Source: Lysobacter sp.
GTDB lineage: Bacteria > Pseudomonadota > Gammaproteobacteria > Xanthomonadales > Xanthomonadaceae
NCBI GenBank assembly: GCA_035645555.1
Contig: DASQMI010000069.1
Span: 1,388 to 65,387 of the forward strand
Reading direction: 5' to 3'
Length of the DNA stretch: 64,000 nucleotides
Positions 21,776 through 31,135 of the stretch are shown here, in pieces (the stretch's first letter is position 1; every line of letters starts with the position of its first letter). The position numbers were made by a program, and so were the translations under genes. The notes beneath the pieces were generated by a model. It was not told the origin of the DNA. It saw only the letters and a list, made by a program, of their open reading frames with translations, and ran no database searches.

Positions 21776-22599
21776 GCGGCCCGCAGCGCATCGTCTGCCT
21801 GACCGAGGAACCGACCGAGGTCCTGTACGCGCTCGGCGAGCAGCACCGCATCGTCGGCATCAGCGGCTTCACCGTGCGCCCGCCGCAGGCGCGCCGCGAG
21901 AAACCGAAGGTCAGCGCGTTCACCAGCGCCAAGATCGACGAGATCCTGAAGCTGCGGCCGGATTTCGTGGTCGGCTTCTCGGATATCCAGGCCGAAATCG
22001 CGGCGGCGCTAATTCGCCACGGCGTAGAGGTGTGGATCAGCAACCACCGCAGCGTCGAGGGCATCCTTGACTACGTGCGCCGGCTCGGCGCACTGGTCGG
22101 TGCGGCGGAACGCGCGAACGCCTACGCCGACCAGCTGGCGCGTGGGCTCGCGGAGATCGAAGCGGCGGCGGCGACGTTGCCCGTGCGTCCGAAGGTCTAT
22201 TTCGAGGAATGGGACGAGCCGCTGATCACCGGCATCCGCTGGGTTGCCGAACTGGTGCGCATCGCCGGCGGCGACGACGTGTTCCCGGAGCGTGCGGCCG
22301 AGTCGCTCGCGAAGGCGCGCATCCTCGAGGACCCCGGGGAGGTGGTGCGGCGCGCGCCGGATCTGATCCTCGGCTCGTGGTGCGGCAAGAAGTTCCGCCC
22401 TGAGAAGGTCGCCGCGCGTCCCGGCTGGGACACGATCCCGGCGGTGCGCGACGGCGAGCTGCACGAGATCAAGTCGCCGATCATCCTGCAGCCGGGCCCG
22501 GCCGCGCTCACCGACGGCGTGCGCGCCATCGCCGCGATCGTGCAGGGCTGGGCCGCGCGTCGCGGCGGCAGCGTCAGCGCGGCGCGAAGTCGCGGCTGA
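21772..22599 (+). CDS. Helical-backbone metal receptor / cobalamin-binding (BtuF-like) protein without evident signal peptide
   Basis: GTG start overlapping the pdxH stop; [17 protein letters not shown]; [14 protein letters not shown]; ILQPGPAAL. Confidence 0.8.
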   Translation: MSGPQRIVCLTEEPTEVLYALGEQHRIVGISGFTVRPPQARREKPKVSAFTSAKIDEILKLRPDFVVGFSDIQAEIAAALIRHGVEVWISNHRSVEGILDYVRRLGALVGAAERANAYADQLARGLAEIEAAAATLPVRPKVYFEEWDEPLITGIRWVAELVRIAGGDDVFPERAAESLAKARILEDPGEVVRRAPDLILGSWCGKKFRPEKVAARPGWDTIPAVRDGELHEIKSPIILQPGPAALTDGVRAIAAIVQGWAARRGGSVSAARSRG

Positions 22600-23056
22600 A
22601 CTGCATCCGCAGCGGCGGCGCGCCCTGCGGTTGCACGTCGAGCGCGAAGCTCAGCGTCTCCGGCGGCTCGATCACGAACGTGCCGGCGTGGTCGACCAGC
22701 GCAGCGTCGCCTTCGCCGACCTTCAGCTCGCGCAGCACCAGTGGTCTTGCGCGCCCCTGCAGGTCGGTCACGGTGGCGCGCACGCGCGCCGGCAGCGAGC
22801 GTTCCTCGCCTTCGGCGCCGGTGCGCACCGAGACCAGCAGCAACACCGTGTGCTCGCCGCGCGCGATGCCGTACTGGCGTGCCATCGGCTCGGCCATCCG
22901 GTCGGTCGGCAGCAAGGTTGCGCGCACGGTGGCCGCGCCGCTGCGTGCGATTTCGGTATGCGGAAGACCGGCGATGCCGTCGGCGCCGGCCGGCGGGGAC
23001 GCGCCGCCGCAGGCGGCCAGTGCGAGCATGGCGGCGAGAGCGAGCGTGCGATGCAT
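22574..23056 (-). CDS. DUF4426-like lipoprotein
   Basis: Lipobox LAACG; RQYGIARG, LLLVSVR and ISFALDV-like pattern; located downstream of proC. Confidence 0.7.
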   Translation of the reverse strand: MHRTLALAAMLALAACGGASPPAGADGIAGLPHTEIARSGAATVRATLLPTDRMAEPMARQYGIARGEHTVLLLVSVRTGAEGEERSLPARVRATVTDLQGRARPLVLRELKVGEGDAALVDHAGTFVIEPPETLSFALDVQPQGAPPLRMQFSRDFAPR

Positions 23057-23065
23057 GGGTGAGCC

Positions 23066-23896
23066 TCAGTCGTTCGCCGCCGACAGCTCGCGGCCGCGGC
23101 GGGTGGCGGCGTCGATCGCGCGCGAGACCAGCTCGCGGAAGCCGCCGGCTTCGAACGCCTCGATCGCCGCCTGGGTGGTGCCGCCGGGCGAGGTGACGCG
23201 CGCGCGCAGCGTTTCCGGTGGCTCGTCCTGGCCGGTCAGCATCAGCGCGGCGCCGAGCACGGTCTGCTTGGCGAGCGCGGCCGCGGTCTCCGCCGGCAGG
23301 CCCTGCGCCACGCCGGCGGCGATCATCGCCTCGGCGAGCAGGAACACGTACGCCGGGCCGCTGCCGGACACCGCAGTGACCGCATCCATCAATGCCTCGT
23401 TGTCGATCCACACTGTCGGCCCCGCGGCCTCCAGCAGCGCCTGCGCCTGCGTGCGCTGCGCGGCGTCCACGCCGTCGCGCGCGAACAGCCCGGTGATGCC
23501 GGCGCCGAGCAGCGCCGGCGTGTTCGGCATGGTGCGCACCACCGCCTGCCCGCCGCCGAGCCAGCGGTCGAGCTGGTCGCTGGTGATGCCGGCGGCGATC
23601 GAGATCACCAACGGCCGCTGCGCCTGCGCCAGTGGCGCCAGCGTCGTGCACACGGTGCGCATCACCTGCGGCTTCACCGCAAGCAGCCACACGTCCGCCT
23701 GCGATGCGGCCTGCTCGGCGCGCTCGTGCACCCGCACGCCGAAGTCGCACGCCAGCGCCTCGCGCAGCGCCGCCACCGGCTCGGCGACATGCACGCGGTC
23801 GGCCGGCGTGCCACGCTCGACCAGTCCGCCGATCAGGCTGCGGGCCATGTTGCCGCCGCCGATGAACGCGACGGCCGGAGAACTCGGATTCGACAT
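23066..23896 (-). CDS. proC: Pyrroline-5-carboxylate reductase
   Basis: FIGGGNMA; LLAVKPQ; VRTMPNTP; TAVSGSGPAY; VTSPGGTT. Confidence 0.97.
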   Translation of the reverse strand: MSNPSSPAVAFIGGGNMARSLIGGLVERGTPADRVHVAEPVAALREALACDFGVRVHERAEQAASQADVWLLAVKPQVMRTVCTTLAPLAQAQRPLVISIAAGITSDQLDRWLGGGQAVVRTMPNTPALLGAGITGLFARDGVDAAQRTQAQALLEAAGPTVWIDNEALMDAVTAVSGSGPAYVFLLAEAMIAAGVAQGLPAETAAALAKQTVLGAALMLTGQDEPPETLRARVTSPGGTTQAAIEAFEAGGFRELVSRAIDAATRRGRELSAAND

Positions 23897-23951
23897 GGGC
23901 AATGGGTGCACGGAGAAAGAAGCAGGATAGCCGAGCGCGACGCGCGACCCA

Positions 23952-24650
23952 CTAGCGCCGCGCGCGCGCGCCGAACAGCGCGGTGCCGACGCGCACCATC
24001 GTCGCGCCTTCGGCGATGGCGATCTCGAAATCGTCGCTCATCCCCATCGACAGCGTGTCGAGATCGGAGAACCTGCGGCGCAGGCGCTCGAACAGGGCCG
24101 CGGTGCGGCGGAACGCGTCGCGGCGCTGCTCCGGCTGCGGGTGCGGGAACGGGATCACCATCAGTCCGCGCAGCCGCAGCTGCGGTTGCGCGGCCACCGC
24201 ATCGGCGAGCGCGTCGAGCTCCTCCGGGCGGCAGCCGTGCTTGCTGGCCTCGTCGTCGATGTTGACCTGCAGCAGCACGTTCAGCGGCGGCAGCGCGTCG
24301 GGACGGTGGCGCGCCAGCGCGTCGACCAGCTTCGCGCGGTCCACCGTCTGCACCCAGTCGAACCGGGTCGCGGCCTCGCGCGCCTTGTTCGATTGCAGGT
24401 GGCCGATGAGGTGCCACTCGACCGTGCCGTTCAGCCCGGCGAGCTCGTCCTGCTTCGCCAGCGCTTCCTGCACGTAGTTCTCGCCGAACGCCGGGCGTGC
24501 GCCCTGGCTCGACCATAGCGCCGCCAGCTCGGCCACTTTCGCCGTCGGCTGCGTCTTGCTGACCGCGATCAGGCTCGGCCGTGGGCGGCCGGCCGCGCGC
24601 GCGGCCGCATCCAGCCGCCGCATCACCTCATGGAAGGACTCTGGGAGCAC
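23952..24650 (-). CDS. yggS: PLP homeostasis protein YggS
   Basis: LIAVSKT; FGENYVQE; WHLIGHLQSNK; LRGLMVIP; LSMGMSDD; VRVGTALFG. Confidence 0.95.
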   Translation of the reverse strand: MLPESFHEVMRRLDAAARAAGRPRPSLIAVSKTQPTAKVAELAALWSSQGARPAFGENYVQEALAKQDELAGLNGTVEWHLIGHLQSNKAREAATRFDWVQTVDRAKLVDALARHRPDALPPLNVLLQVNIDDEASKHGCRPEELDALADAVAAQPQLRLRGLMVIPFPHPQPEQRRDAFRRTAALFERLRRRFSDLDTLSMGMSDDFEIAIAEGATMVRVGTALFGARARR

Positions 24651-24750
24651 CGTCGCAAACCCGTTCAGGCGGGCTGGAAAGCCCGTGTCGTCTGGGGGCT
24701 ATACTGCGGAAAGGGGACATCGCATTCCAGCCAGCGCGCGGGGAGCACGC

Positions 24751-25788
24751 ATGGATATCGCCGAACTTCTGGCGTTTTCGGTCAAGAACAAAGCATCCGA
24801 CCTGCACCTGTCGGCGGGCCTGCCGCCGATGATCCGCGTCGACGGCGACGTCCGCCGCATCAACGTGCCGCCGCTGGACCACAAGCAGGTGCACGCGCTG
24901 GTGTACGACATCATGTCGGACAAGCAGCGCCGCGACTACGAGGAGTTCCTCGAAGTCGACTTCTCGTTCGAGATTCCCGGGCTGGCCCGCTTCCGCGTCA
25001 ACGCGTTCAACCAGAACCGCGGCGCCGGCGCGGTGTTCCGGACCATTCCCTCCGAGGTGCTGACGCTGGAGGACCTCGGCTGCCCGCCGATCTTCCGCGA
25101 GCTGATCCAGCAGCCGCAGGGCCTGATCCTGGTGACCGGCCCGACCGGTTCCGGCAAGTCGACCACGCTCGCGGGCATGATCGACTACATCAACAAGAAC
25201 GAGTACGGGCACATCCTCACCGTCGAGGACCCGATCGAGTTCGTGCACACCTCGCAGAAGTGCCTGGTCAACCAGCGCGAGGTCCACCGCGACACCCACG
25301 GCTTCAACGAGGCGCTGCGTTCGGCGCTGCGCGAGGACCCGGACTACATCCTGGTCGGCGAAATGCGCGACCTGGAGACCATCCGCCTGGCGCTGACCGC
25401 CGCGGAAACCGGCCACCTGGTGTTCGGCACGCTGCACACCAGCTCGGCGGCGAAGACCATCGACCGCATCATCGACGTGTTCCCCGCCGGCGAGAAGCCG
25501 ATGGTGCGCTCGATGCTGTCGGAATCGCTGCGCGCTGTGATCTCGCAGGCGCTGCTGAAGAAGGTCGGCGGCGGCCGTACGGCGGCGTGGGAAATCATGG
25601 TCGGCATTCCGGCGATCCGGAACCTGATCCGCGAGGACAAAGTCGCGCAGATGTATTCGGCGATCCAGACGGGCCAGCAGTACGGAATGATGACGCTGGA
25701 CCAGCACCTGCAGGATCTGGTCAAGCGCGGTCTGGTCACCCGTCCCCACGCCCGCGAGTACGCCAAGGACAAGCGCCTGTTCGAATAA
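24751..25788 (+). CDS. pilT: Type IV pilus retraction ATPase PilT
   Basis: MDIAELLAFSVKNKASDLHLSAG; GPTGSGKST; AIRNLIRE motif. Confidence 0.97.
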   Translation: MDIAELLAFSVKNKASDLHLSAGLPPMIRVDGDVRRINVPPLDHKQVHALVYDIMSDKQRRDYEEFLEVDFSFEIPGLARFRVNAFNQNRGAGAVFRTIPSEVLTLEDLGCPPIFRELIQQPQGLILVTGPTGSGKSTTLAGMIDYINKNEYGHILTVEDPIEFVHTSQKCLVNQREVHRDTHGFNEALRSALREDPDYILVGEMRDLETIRLALTAAETGHLVFGTLHTSSAAKTIDRIIDVFPAGEKPMVRSMLSESLRAVISQALLKKVGGGRTAAWEIMVGIPAIRNLIREDKVAQMYSAIQTGQQYGMMTLDQHLQDLVKRGLVTRPHAREYAKDKRLFE

Positions 25789-25899
25789 GGCGCGTCACGC
25801 GATCCGGTCACGGCAACAACCGGGTTTCATGACCGCGCCGGGATTCCCCCGAAATCCCGGACCACCGGCCACGGATCCCGGCTCCGCAGGAGCCCTTCC

Positions 25900-27030
25900 A
25901 TGAGCAGCATCGATTTCACCTCGTTCCTCAAGCTGATGGCGCACGAAAAGGCGTCGGACCTGTTCATCACCGCGGGCGTGCCGCCGTCGATGAAGGTGCA
26001 CGGCAAGCTGGTGCCGGTCACCCAGACGCCGCTGACCCCGCAGCAGAGCCGCGACCTCGTGCTCAACGTGATGACGCCGAGCCAGCGCGAGGAGTTCGAG
26101 AAGACGCACGAGTGCAACTTCGCGATCGGCGTCGCCAGCATCGGCCGCTTCCGCGTCAGCGCGTTCTACCAGCGCAACCAGGTCGGCATGGTGCTGCGCC
26201 GGATCGAGACCAAGATCCCGACCGTCGAGGAGCTCAACCTGCCGCCGGTGATCAAGACGCTGGCGATGACCAAGCGCGGCATCATCATCTTCGTCGGCGC
26301 CACCGGTACCGGTAAGTCGACGTCGCTCGCGGCGATGATCGGCTACCGCAACAAGAACTCCAGCGGCCACATCATCACCATCGAGGACCCGATCGAGTTC
26401 GTGCACAAGCACGAAGGCTGCATCGTCACCCAGCGCGAGGTCGGCATCGACACCGACAGCTGGGAGGCCGCGCTGAAGAACACCCTGCGCCAGGCGCCGG
26501 ACGTGATCATGATCGGCGAGGTGCGTACCCGCGAGGGCATGGACTACGCGATCGCGTTCGCCGAAACCGGCCACTTGGTGCTGTGCACGCTGCACGCCAA
26601 CAACGCCAACCAGGCGCTCGACCGCATCATCAACTTCTTCCCGGAAGACCGCCGCCAGCAGCTGCTGATGGACCTGTCGCTCAACCTCAAGGGCGTGGTC
26701 GCGCAGCAGCTGGTGCCCACGGTGGACGGCAAGGGCCGCCGGGTGGCGATGGAGATCCTGCTCGGCACGCCGCTGGTGCAGGACTACATCCGCGATGGCG
26801 AGATCCACAAGATCAAGGAAGTGATGAAGGAGTCGGTCAACCTCGGCATGAAGACGTTCGACCAGAGCCTGTTCGAGCTCTACCAGGCCGGGGAGATCAG
26901 CTACGACGACGCGCTGCGCTACGCCGACTCGCAGAACGAGGTGCGCCTGCGCATCAAGCTCGCCCAGGGCGGCGACGCACGCACGCTGGCGTCCGGGCTG
27001 GATGGCGTCGAGGTGGCCGAAATCCGCTGA
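25900..27030 (+). CDS. pilU: Type IV pilus ATPase PilU
   Basis: ASDLFITAG; GATGTGKSTSLA; TLHANNANQALDRI; follows pilT. Confidence 0.95.
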   Translation: MSSIDFTSFLKLMAHEKASDLFITAGVPPSMKVHGKLVPVTQTPLTPQQSRDLVLNVMTPSQREEFEKTHECNFAIGVASIGRFRVSAFYQRNQVGMVLRRIETKIPTVEELNLPPVIKTLAMTKRGIIIFVGATGTGKSTSLAAMIGYRNKNSSGHIITIEDPIEFVHKHEGCIVTQREVGIDTDSWEAALKNTLRQAPDVIMIGEVRTREGMDYAIAFAETGHLVLCTLHANNANQALDRIINFFPEDRRQQLLMDLSLNLKGVVAQQLVPTVDGKGRRVAMEILLGTPLVQDYIRDGEIHKIKEVMKESVNLGMKTFDQSLFELYQAGEISYDDALRYADSQNEVRLRIKLAQGGDARTLASGLDGVEVAEIR

Positions 27031-27050
27031 CGCCACCCGGTGTCGCCGCC

Positions 27051-27074
27051 AGGCCCCGCCGCACGGCGGGGCCT
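27051..27074 (+). terminator. Putative intrinsic terminator or hairpin after pilU
   Basis: AGGCCCCGCC-GCAC-GGCGGGGCCT, a perfect 10-bp stem; only a weak T tract follows. Confidence 0.55.
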
Positions 27075-27172
27075 CGCGTTTCACGAGCACGGAGGCAGCA
27101 GCCGCGGCGGTGCAGCATCCGCCTCACGCCGCTCACCGTATGCTGCATGCCGCCCGAGGCTAGAATCCCCCC

Positions 27173-27739
27173 ATGCAGGACGAACCGACCCCGCTCACCA
27201 GCCAGTTGCTGATCGCGTTGCCGGCGCTGGCGGAAACCGACTTCTCGCGCAGCGTGGCGCTGATCTGCCAGCACGATCAGGACGGCGCGCTCGGCATCGT
27301 GGTCAACCGGCCCTCGGAGTTCACTTTGGGCGACGTGCTCAGCCAGATGGGCATCGAGGGCGGCGACGAGGCGATGCGCGGGCAGGCGGTGGTCGCCGGC
27401 GGCCCGGTGCATCCGGAGCGCGGCTTCGTGCTGCACGACGGCGGCCCGCGCTGGAACGCGACCGTGGCGATCAGCGAGCGCCTGTACCTGACCACCTCGC
27501 GCGACATCCTCGAGGCGATGGCGGCCGGCCAGGGGCCGGACCACGCGCTGGTCGCGCTGGGCTGCGCCGGCTGGGCGCCGGGCCAGCTGGAGAAGGAGCT
27601 GGCCGAGAACGACTGGCTGACCGCGCCGGCCGATGCTGAGCTGCTGTTCGCATTGCCGCTGCAGAACCGCTGGCAGGCCGCGGCCGGGCGGATCGGCGTC
27701 GATTTCGCCTACCTGGCCGACTACACCGGCCACGCCTGA
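27173..27739 (+). CDS. yqgE: YqgE/AlgH family protein
   Basis: [10 protein letters not shown]; [13 protein letters not shown]; [15 protein letters not shown]; NDWL. Confidence 0.93.
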   Translation: MQDEPTPLTSQLLIALPALAETDFSRSVALICQHDQDGALGIVVNRPSEFTLGDVLSQMGIEGGDEAMRGQAVVAGGPVHPERGFVLHDGGPRWNATVAISERLYLTTSRDILEAMAAGQGPDHALVALGCAGWAPGQLEKELAENDWLTAPADAELLFALPLQNRWQAAAGRIGVDFAYLADYTGHA

Positions 27740-27743
27740 GCGC

Positions 27744-28223
27744 ATGGCAGGCGCGATCCGCACCGGCGGTACCGTGCTCGGCTTCGACGTCGGCGCGCGC
27801 CGGATCGGGGTCGCGGTCGGCAGCACGTTCGGGCACGGCGCGCGCGCGCTGGCGGTGGTCGACGTGCACGCGCACGGCCCGGACTGGCCGGCGATCGAAC
27901 GGCTGTTCCGCGAATGGCGGCCGGACGGCTTCATCGTCGGCGACCCAATGACGCTGGACGGCGGCTCGCAGAGCTCGCGCACGCGTGCGCATGCGTTCGC
28001 GCGCGAGCTGGCGCAACGCTACCGGCTGCCGGTGCTGCTGGTCGACGAGCGCGCCAGTTCGATCGAGGCGGCGCAGCGGTTCGCGGTCGAACGCGCGGAA
28101 GGGCGCAAGCGGCGCCGCGACGCCGATGCGCTGGATGCGGTGGCGGCCGCCGTAATCGTCGAGCGCTGGCTGGCCTCACCGCAGGACGCGGTGGCACTGG
28201 AGGACATGCCGGCCGCGCCGTGA
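27744..28223 (+). CDS. ruvX: Holliday junction resolvase-like / pre-16S rRNA nuclease RuvX (YqgF)
   Basis: VLGFDVGARRIGVAVG; IVGDP; VDERASS; DAVAAAVI. Confidence 0.92.
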   Translation: MAGAIRTGGTVLGFDVGARRIGVAVGSTFGHGARALAVVDVHAHGPDWPAIERLFREWRPDGFIVGDPMTLDGGSQSSRTRAHAFARELAQRYRLPVLLVDERASSIEAAQRFAVERAEGRKRRRDADALDAVAAAVIVERWLASPQDAVALEDMPAAP

Positions 28224-28282
28224 ACCTCGGGCGTCGCGCGGCGCTCCCGTAGAATCCGCGCATCGCCGTCGCCGGAGCCGCC

Positions 28283-29185
28283 ATGCCGCACCTGCTGACC
28301 CTGGAAGGGATGCTGCGCGAGCGCATCCTCGCGCTGCTCGACCGCGCCCAGCTGTTCGCCGAGGGCCACGACCTGCGCTCGGCGCTTGCCGGCGTGGCGG
28401 TGTGCACGCTGTTCTTCGAGCCGTCCACGCGCACGCGGATGAGCTTCCAGCTGGCCGCGCAGCGGCTCGGCGCCGACGTGCTGGCGTTCGACGCCTCGAC
28501 TTCGTCGACGCGCAAGGGCGAAACCGCGCTCGACACGTTGAAGAACCTCGAGGCGATGGGCATCCGCGGCTTCGTGATCCGCCACCACGAGGACGGCGCG
28601 GTGGCTGAGCTCGCACGCCACGTCGGCCCCGGCACCGCGCTCGTGAACGCCGGCGACGGCCGCAGCGCGCATCCCACCCAGGGCCTGCTCGACATGCTGA
28701 CGCTGCGCCAGGCCAAGGGCAGTGCGTTCGACCAGCTCAGGGTGCTGATCGTCGGCGACGTGAAGCATTCGCGGGTGGCACGCTCGGACCTGCACGCGCT
28801 GCGCGCGCTCGGCGCCGGCGAGATCCGCGTATGCGGCCCGGTGTCGCTGCTGCCGGACGACGGCACGCTGGCCGGCTGCGCGGTCGGCCACGACCTCGAT
28901 GCCGCGCTCGACGGCGTCGACGTGGTGATGATGCTGCGCCTGCAGCGCGAGCGGATGGAGCAGGGGCTGGTCAGCTCGCTGGAGGACTACCACCGCGACT
29001 ACGGGCTGACCGCGCAACGCCTGCGTCGCGCGAAGCCCGACGCGGTGGTGATGCATCCGGGGCCGATCAACCGCGGGGTGGAGATCACCGACGAGGTGGC
29101 CGACGGCGCGCAGTCGCTGATCCTGCGCCAGGTGCACAACGGCGTGGCGGTGCGGATGGCGGTGCTGGAGTCGCTGCTGACCTGA
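28283..29185 (+). CDS. pyrB: Aspartate carbamoyltransferase catalytic subunit
   Basis: FFEPSTRTRMSF; NAGDG..AHPTQGLLD; MLRLQRER; MHPGPINRGVEI. Confidence 0.96.
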   Translation: MPHLLTLEGMLRERILALLDRAQLFAEGHDLRSALAGVAVCTLFFEPSTRTRMSFQLAAQRLGADVLAFDASTSSTRKGETALDTLKNLEAMGIRGFVIRHHEDGAVAELARHVGPGTALVNAGDGRSAHPTQGLLDMLTLRQAKGSAFDQLRVLIVGDVKHSRVARSDLHALRALGAGEIRVCGPVSLLPDDGTLAGCAVGHDLDAALDGVDVVMMLRLQRERMEQGLVSSLEDYHRDYGLTAQRLRRAKPDAVVMHPGPINRGVEITDEVADGAQSLILRQVHNGVAVRMAVLESLLT

Positions 29186-29200
29186 CCGCGGCGGCCGCGC

Positions 29201-30562
29201 TCAGCCCAGCAGGATGAGCGTGGCCAGGCCGAGGAAGGTGAAGAACCCCATCACGTCGGTCACCGTGGTGAGGAAGATGCTGCTGGCGAGCGCTGGGTCG
29301 AAGCCCATGCGCTTGATGGTCATCGGCACCAGCACGCCGGCGGTGGCCGCGAACAGCAGGTTGAGCGTGAGCGCGATCGCGATCACCACCGACAGCCCGA
29401 GGTTCTGGAACCACAGCAGAACCACCACGCCGAGCACGGTGCCGAGCACCACACCGTTGAGCAGCGCGACGCGCACCTCCTTCCACAACAGCACGCGCAC
29501 GTTGGACGCGCCGACCTGGCCGAGCGCGAGGCCGCGGACCATCAGCGCCAGCACCTGGGTGCCGGCGTTGCCGCCCATGCCGGCCACGATCGGCATCAGC
29601 ACCGCGAGCGCGACCAGCTTGTCGATGGTGGCCTCGAACTGGCCGACCACGCTCGCCGCCAGGAACGCGGTGCCGAGGTTGATCGACAGCCAGATCAGGC
29701 GCCGGCGCGCCGCGCGCATCACCGCGCTGAACAGGTCCTCGTCCTCGTCGAGGCCGGCCGCGCCGAGCACCTGGTGCTCGGCCTGCTCGCGGATGATGTC
29801 GACCACGTCGTCGATGGTGATGCGGCCGAGCAGGATGTTGTTGTCGTCGACCACCGGCGCGCTGATCCAGTCGTGGTCGGAGAACTGCCGCGCGACCTCG
29901 GACGACGACTCGTTGACGTTGATCGCCGGCTGCTCGCCGTCGATCAGCCGGTTGATCGGCGTGTTCGGGTCCTGCACCAGCAGCGCCTGCAACGCGATGC
30001 GGCCGAGGTACTGGTGGCGGCGGCTGACCACGTACAGGTGGTCGGTGTGCTCGGGCAGTTCGCCGCGCAGGCGCAGGTAACGCAGCACGACGTCGACGGT
30101 GGTGTCGGCACGCACCGTCACCACGTCGGGGTTCATCAGGCGACCGGCGGTGTCCTCGTCGTAGGACAGCACCTGCTCGAGGCGCTCGCGGTTCTCGCGG
30201 TCCATCGACTTGAGCACCTCGTCGATGACCGTGTCCGGCAGGTCCTCGACCAGGTCGGCGAGGTCGTCGATGTCGAGGTCCTCGACCGCGGCGACGATCT
30301 CGTCGGTGTCCATGTCGGCGAGCAGGCCTTCGCGCACCTCGTCGCCGACGTGCACCAGCACCTCGCCGTCGTCCTCCGGATCGACCAGACCCCACACCAC
30401 CGCGCGCTTGTCCGGCGGCAGCGACTCCAGCAGGTTGCCGATCTCGGCGGGGGAGAGCGTGTTGACCAGCCGACGCACCGGCCCGAGACGACCGCTGTCG
30501 AGCGCGTCCGAAAGCAGGCGCAGCTGGCGTGCGGTCTTGTCGTGGCGGATGGCTTCGGCCAT
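29201..30562 (-). CDS. mgtE: Magnesium transporter MgtE
   Basis: N-domain, CBS pair (TAGRLMNPD), LGRITIDDVVD, GMGGNAGTQ, DPALAS, TTVTDVMGF. Confidence 0.95.
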   Translation of the reverse strand: MAEAIRHDKTARQLRLLSDALDSGRLGPVRRLVNTLSPAEIGNLLESLPPDKRAVVWGLVDPEDDGEVLVHVGDEVREGLLADMDTDEIVAAVEDLDIDDLADLVEDLPDTVIDEVLKSMDRENRERLEQVLSYDEDTAGRLMNPDVVTVRADTTVDVVLRYLRLRGELPEHTDHLYVVSRRHQYLGRIALQALLVQDPNTPINRLIDGEQPAINVNESSSEVARQFSDHDWISAPVVDDNNILLGRITIDDVVDIIREQAEHQVLGAAGLDEDEDLFSAVMRAARRRLIWLSINLGTAFLAASVVGQFEATIDKLVALAVLMPIVAGMGGNAGTQVLALMVRGLALGQVGASNVRVLLWKEVRVALLNGVVLGTVLGVVVLLWFQNLGLSVVIAIALTLNLLFAATAGVLVPMTIKRMGFDPALASSIFLTTVTDVMGFFTFLGLATLILLG

Positions 30563-30676
30563 GCGGCGCTCCGGGTCGAGAGCCGCATCCACGACGGGAT
30601 GCGACCGGGCTTCAGGCGTTCATGCCTCGCATTATCGCCCGCGTCGAGGGTGACTGCCCAGCCTGTGAGCGCAGCG

Positions 30677-30705
30677 TTGACCGCGTGCGCCGGCCCCGCC
30701 ATCCT
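30677..30705 (+). promoter_or_regulatory. Putative sigma70 promoter TTGACC-N17-CATCCT
   Basis: -35 at 30677-30682, 17-nt spacer, -10 at 30700-30705; ATG follows 6 nt later at 30712. Confidence 0.55.
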
Positions 30706-30711
30706 CGGCCG

Positions 30712-31134
30712 ATGCGCACGTTCGCCCGCGTTGTCCTGGCTGCGATGCTCGCGGTGGCCGCGATGCCGGCGCTCGCGCTGCAGTGCCGGGCGCTCGCGGA
30801 CATCGCAGAGGGCTCGCCGACCGTGGTGATCGCGCGGCCGGTCGACCGGGTGCGACGGCCGTCGCAGGTGCCGGGCCACGTGTGGGTGCGCTTCGCCGTC
30901 GTCGAGACGCTCAGGGGTGCATCGCGCCCGAGCCTGGATGCGCTGTGTCCGGTCGACGACCGCCGCTGCCGGCCCGCTGAGGACGCCCCGCTGCTGGTGC
31001 TGGCGCTGCCGACGCCACCGGCGCCGCCAACCCTGACCTGCCGGCTGGAGTATCTCGATCCGCCGCCGGGCATGGGGCCGCCCGATCCGCGGCTGCAGCA
31101 GCGCATGCGCGCCTGGCGCGCGGCGCGGCGCTGA
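30712..31134 (+). CDS. Secreted hypothetical protein (140 aa, 4 Cys)
   Basis: Sec signal peptide ending PALA; canonical promoter geometry upstream; stop 1 nt from the convergent ptsP stop. Confidence 0.68.
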   Translation: MRTFARVVLAAMLAVAAMPALALQCRALADIAEGSPTVVIARPVDRVRRPSQVPGHVWVRFAVVETLRGASRPSLDALCPVDDRRCRPAEDAPLLVLALPTPPAPPTLTCRLEYLDPPPGMGPPDPRLQQRMRAWRAARR

Positions 31135-31135
31135 T

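Noticed and set aside
22574-22599. Convergent 26-nt overlap of the BtuF-like and DUF4426-like genes as antisense regulation
   Set aside because: Short 3' overlaps are common in GC-rich genomes where stop codons are scarce; no further evidence.
24651-24700. Resemblance to a c-di-GMP-I riboswitch upstream of pilT (GCAAACCC...GGG...GAAAGCC)
   Set aside because: No GNRA tetraloop, receptor helix or second stem; it lies upstream of the TATACT -10 and is therefore probably not in the pilT transcript.
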